From Tubulanus polymorphus (Eukaryota; Animalia; Nemertea): DNA of 64,000 nt. Under the pieces are notes generated by a model that did no database searches, was not told the origin of the DNA, and worked only from the letters and a program-made list of their open reading frames with translations. Every line of letters begins with the position of its first letter. Position 1 is the stretch's first letter. Both the position numbers and the translations under genes were made by a program. The stretch spans positions 9,199,950 through 9,263,949 of the forward strand of contig NC_134026.1 of NCBI RefSeq assembly GCF_964204645.1, read 5' to 3'. This document shows, in pieces, positions 58,990 to 64,000 of the stretch.

Positions 58990-60110
58990 TTGGGCATGTT
59001 TTACCGCTTAGATTTCATACATTCCAAACACTTCTGAATGAAAACGGACAAAAACTGTTTTTTCTGCTGAGAATAATTCAAATTCATTCTCAAAATACTT
59101 ATCACGTGACCATATGAGCCGTTGCAGTTGCCAGCATTTTTGAAGCCCAATTGTTCTGAATTTCACCATAGTGCAGATTGTAAGTTTCGTGTATTTTTAG
59201 CCAAAACTTTGCTGCCGAGATTTGTATATCTATTAACAGAGGGAAACAACTTAATCCACCGTAGACCACATTCGGTGTCGTGGCGCGCACATTGAGCAGG
59301 TATTTACAGATTTTGACATTGTACGGATTCTAAATTTCTAATATTTTCAAATGCCCAGTTTGGGCTACCATACATTAATACTGACTTCACTAATTAATCA
59401 AAGACGTGAAGCTTGGTTTTAGGTGGAATGTGTCTCGCGTTTAATAAATACTTCTTGAGCGCAAAGCAAGCTCTTGTACCTTGATCAGCCTGTGACTTGA
59501 TAGCAGCAGACATTTTGTAAGTTTTGCCTAAGTACTGAAAGGTTGACACCTCCTCCAGTAGGACAACGTTATGAAAAAATAGAAGAGGGTTACGGTTATT
59601 TCTTCGGTCCTCAATTTTCATTATCTTTGTCCTAGCAGAATTCACAGATAGTTTCGTCTTTTTACAATAATCATGTAGAGTATCAAGTGCGCCCTATAAT
59701 TCTCCGGGCAATTGGGCTAGAATGACGGTATCATCGGCGTAAAGCAAGACATATAGTTTGAATGAATTCAAGTCAATGCCTGGATGGCCATTCTTTATAA
59801 AAAAAAATTTTCCATGTCTTTGATATAAATATTGAAAAGCACAGGGGAGATACAATCGCCTTTGCCTTACGCCGACGGTACAGTCAAAAAAGCTAGGATA
59901 TGAACCCATTGTTTTTGGCACATGATTCGCTGTTAGCATACATAGGTTTGATTATGTTATAAAATTTGCCAGTGATACCAGCTTCCAGAATATTTTTCCA
60001 GAGAATGTCGTGGTTCAAATAATCGAAGGCCTTTGAAAAACCTATGCCATACACGCATTTTTCATTTTCTTCTTTAAACAGTAGTCGATGATCGAAGGAT
60101 TGATTTAAAG
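58990..60110 (-). mobile_element. Degenerate non-LTR retrotransposon (LINE) reverse transcriptase fragment
   Basis: FSKAFDYLNHDILWK..GITGK, GVRQ, LLYADDTVILA and FQYLG motifs with stops and frameshifts. Confidence 0.8.
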
Positions 60111-60366
60111 TACCATCATTTCACATTATTCACAGGGCGAATATTGAATTGTGAGATTGGCCCTAAGAAATTGTTCGCGGTTCGTCTTTGGATGAACCAA
60201 CTGTTCTTTATTGTTACAATGACTAAGCTACATTGTATTGTATTTGAAATATTGCTACCACATTTGTGTCGATACCGATTCATGAAGATAACATTTGACC
60301 ATATGCTTACCACGCGTGGGTGCATATGTTGTTCTATTGGATCTTGATGAAATATTCATTGGGGCG

Positions 60367-60838
60367 GCCCATACACGTTCATGCTGCTCATGGCACTTGA
60401 TGAAGAACCGCCGGAAAAAACGTGCGAAGTGGTCGAAGGGGTGGTTCCTTAAGCGGAGCGAGTATGGCCACATGTGGCTGCTACGGTAACTTTGTAACGG
60501 CGAGGACTACCGAAATTTTCTTCGCATCGATGCGCGTACATTTGACCAACTTCTTGACCTAGTGAGGCCATTAACCACGCAGAACACCGTTAACTATTAA
60601 AACTACAAACAAGAATGAAAAATGCTGAAACACGATCAATTTTTCCATCAATATATTGACGATTCGACCAGTATATTGACGAACCGTAAAAAAATCAAAA
60701 TGGTTTGGATCGATCAATGAATCGGCTCAATAATAATTATTGACAATATTTTCATCAATGTAGGACACACATCTTCCATAATATTCACTCAATATATTGA
60801 GTCAATAATATTTACGTTTTTATTGAACGTGTATGGGC
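60367..60838 (+). mobile_element. Internally deleted PIF/Harbinger-like DNA transposon
   Basis: 15-bp perfect TIR GCCCATACACGTTCA; encodes WSKGWFLKRSEYG..LLR*L..DYRNFLRIDARTFDQLLDLVRP, resembling the Harbinger transposase N-terminus. Confidence 0.7.
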
Positions 60839-61180
60839 ATACAACACTCGGTTGCTTTGTGCTTTTAGAATATCATGTGTGTATTAGGCATCAGTCGAAT
60901 ACGGGTGCAATGGACCTGATATTTCTGCAATATGATGGAAAAGCCAGTTGTCTTTTGATAGTCGTAAAACCCAAAAAAATTATCGGTGAACGGAAAAAAA
61001 TGGCCAAGGAAAAAATGGCACCGAAAAAAAGGCCAAGGAAGATGAAAATGAAAACTAACTATCATTTCATTAACTACCGCGAAATCAAGTCCATTGATCT
61101 TTTTACATTTCGCTTTTTGGGATTGTTAGACTGATTCGTGAATTTGTTTAGGTAAATTTACGATGATCGAGTCAGGTATC

Positions 61181-61239
61181 AATGAACGAACGAACGGACG
61201 GACGGACGAACGAATGAACGAACGAACGAACGAATGAAT
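61181..61239. repeat. (GAAC/GGAC)n tetranucleotide microsatellite
   Basis: GAACGAACGGACGGACGAAC run. Confidence 0.8.
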
Positions 61240-62811
61240 GCTTTGTTCTTTCTTATAACAAATGATTAATACACACAAAAATACAATTCGAGAAAAGGAC
61301 ACCTCCAAGCCGGGGGTTGTTCCGGGGGAGATGCCTTGTTACATATTAGAACTATAATTAGAACTTTAATATCAGACAGCGACCGCTGCACCACATCATC
61401 AAACGAACGAGATAAATTTTGACAGAAAGTACACGAATATTATATGTTCCGCAATACGCAGTATATGTTAATATATTCCAAAGTTCCAATCTTTCCAACA
61501 CAATTGACTAAGACTATTCAAATTCAATTTGAAACACGTCACGATCAGTAAAAATCATCGAACATTCTCAAAATAAAAACCCGGTTCAACGGTTTGCGTC
61601 AAGTTTGACACAACCACGGCTTCCTCCACTTGCGTGGAGCTCCTGCTGAAAATTCAAAAATGCTGTAAATCGATTTCCGCTATTGTACAGAAGACCAGAT
61701 AGAGAGCTCGCCATTACACCGCAGAATTTCTGATGCCTTATTCTTTTAGCAACTGGCTCCAGAATCACAAATTGTATCTGCAAAAGACCACATTTCATTG
61801 AAAGAATATACCGTGAAACCTGATATATAATATTGACGGGAGATGAATGAAACGCTTGACACTAGAAGACTTATTTCGACTATTTTGACTATCATTAGAT
61901 GATTGGGAGAGGGATCCAAAAAGTAAGGACATTTTCCGTGGATTAAGGCTGCGAGTGGGGTTCCCCTCGGTGTTGACACAAATACATCCAAAACGATGTA
62001 ATTTCCAAGAGGATGAGTGTTAGATTTGCAGGTTTTAACGATAACTGTCTCGACAAAGTTGGTAGCCTTGATGGGAAGGCAGGGGTCCGGACTACCGACC
62101 GAGCCAGCGAATGAAATGTACCTATCAAAAGTGGAACATCTGAAATAATCAGCCAGTCCAAGTGGCGCCGAAAGCGACACCCGATGTATCGCAGGTACCG
62201 AGGCCGGGAGATCAAGGGGGGGCTCTCCCCCCAAATTTTTTAATTTTAGCCACAATTCAAGTGATATTAAGAGCACTTGGAGTCAGAGGAATGGATCTAA
62301 GATAGGTATATAAAACCTGTCAGAATGAAAGCAATGATAGAAATAAATGAAAAGAAAAAACGAAGCTTAATTCAACTCTAAGTATGCATATATTTATTCA
62401 TTATTTACAAAAAATACTAGGACTTTGGGAGGTTGTGCAATCACTCTAGAGACACTCAGTCTCAGCACATATAACAGCTGTTTGTGGTACTTACATACCA
62501 TGATAGGTAGAGAAGCTATTTTAAGCAATTTTCAAATATTTTGATGTCAATATTTCAAACTAGTCATTAAAGTTACATACTTGGCAACCATTCTAAGTGA
62601 TCCAAAGAACATTTAACGCCCGCGAGATGGGCTAGGTGCAAATCAAACTATGGCTACATGAGAAACATTTTTTACCCTGTCACCTACACCTGAGGCTCAA
62701 TATAGGGGAAAAAAAGCTTAGCACTTTTGTCATATTACTGTAATATAAGTAATATGAGTAATCAAGGGCTAATCTGTTATTTTACCATATGTAAGTAACC
62801 AGTAGCTACCC

Positions 62812-64000
62812 TTAGTAATCTATAGTAATATGAAGTAATAACATGTAATGGATAGTAATGTATAGTAATATGAAGTAATAAGACGTAACGCATAGTAATT
62901 TATAGTAATATGAAGTAATGAGATGTAATGGGTAGTAATGTATAGTAATATGAAGTAATAAGATGTAACGCATAGTAATGTATAGTAATATGAAGTAATA
63001 AGACGTAACGCATAGTAATCTAGAGTAATATGAAGTAATAAGACGTAATGCATAGTAATCTATAGTTATATGAAGTAATGAGATGTAATGGGTAGTAATG
63101 TATAGTAATATGAAGTAATAAGACGTAACGCATAGTAATCTATAGTAATATGAAGTAATAACATGTAATGGATAGTAATCTATAGTAATATGAAGTAATA
63201 AGACGTAATGGATAGTAATCTATAGTAATATGAAGTAATAACATGTAATGGATAGTAATGTATAGTAATATGAAGTAATAAGACGTAACGCATAGTAAAC
63301 TATAGTAATATGAAGTAATAAAACGTAACGCATAGTAATCTATAGTAATATGAAGTAATGAGATGTAATGGGTAGTAATGTATAGTAATATGAAGTACGT
63401 AATAAGACGTAACGCATAGTAATCTATAGTAATATGAAGTAATAACATGTAATGGATAGTAATCTATAGTAATATGAAGTAATAAGACGTAACGCATAGT
63501 AATCTATAGTAATATGAAGTAATAACATGTAATGGATAGTAATGTATAGTAATATGAAGTAATAACATGTAATGGATAGTAATCTATAGTAATATGAAGT
63601 AATAAGACGTAATGGATAGTAATGTATAGTAATATGAAGTAATAACATGTAATGGATAGTAATCTATAGTAATATGAAGTAATAAGACGTAATGGATAGT
63701 AATGTATAGTAATATGAAGTAATAAGATGTAATGGATAGTAATCTATAGTAATATGAAGTAATAACATGTAATGGATAGTAATCTATAGTAATATGAAGT
63801 AATACCATGTAATGGATAGTAATCTATAGTAATATGAAGTAATAACATGTAATGGATAGTAATCTATAGTAATATGAAGTAATAACATGTAATGGATAGT
63901 AATCTATACTAATATGAAGTAATAAGACGTAACGCATAGTAATTTATAGTAGTATGAAGTAATAAGACGTAACGCATAGTAATGTATAGTAATATGAAGT
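62812..64000. repeat. 40-bp tandem satellite, runs off the window end
   Basis: Unit TATAGTAATATGAAGTAATAACATGTAATGGATAGTAATC, made of four 10-bp subunits that each contain GTAA(T/C); about 30 copies visible. Confidence 0.95.

Noticed and set aside
62820-63808. Tyr/Ile/Leu-rich ORFs and a CRISPR-like repeated appearance
   Set aside because: These are translations of the satellite. Units are contiguous with no unique spacers, there are no cas genes, and the DNA is eukaryotic.

Overview
Eukaryotic, intron-rich, AT-rich DNA from a bilaterian animal, probably a marine invertebrate (inferred). The window holds the 3' part of an MDC1-like gene (+ strand, TQ repeats and tandem BRCT) whose last intron is a U12-type AT-AC intron. 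A complete 22-exon mind bomb 1 (mib1) gene lies on the - strand (56182 to 9354, about 1040 aa). Its 30.8-kb intron 13 contains, antisense, the muscle microRNA pair miR-1 (about 28.4 kb) and miR-133 (about 37.5 kb) with a candidate TATA/E-box promoter. The remainder includes an intronless class A GPCR, LINE and Harbinger relics, several MITE/foldback/SINE families and a 40-bp satellite at the right edge. All calls come from reading the sequence by eye; no database searches were run.
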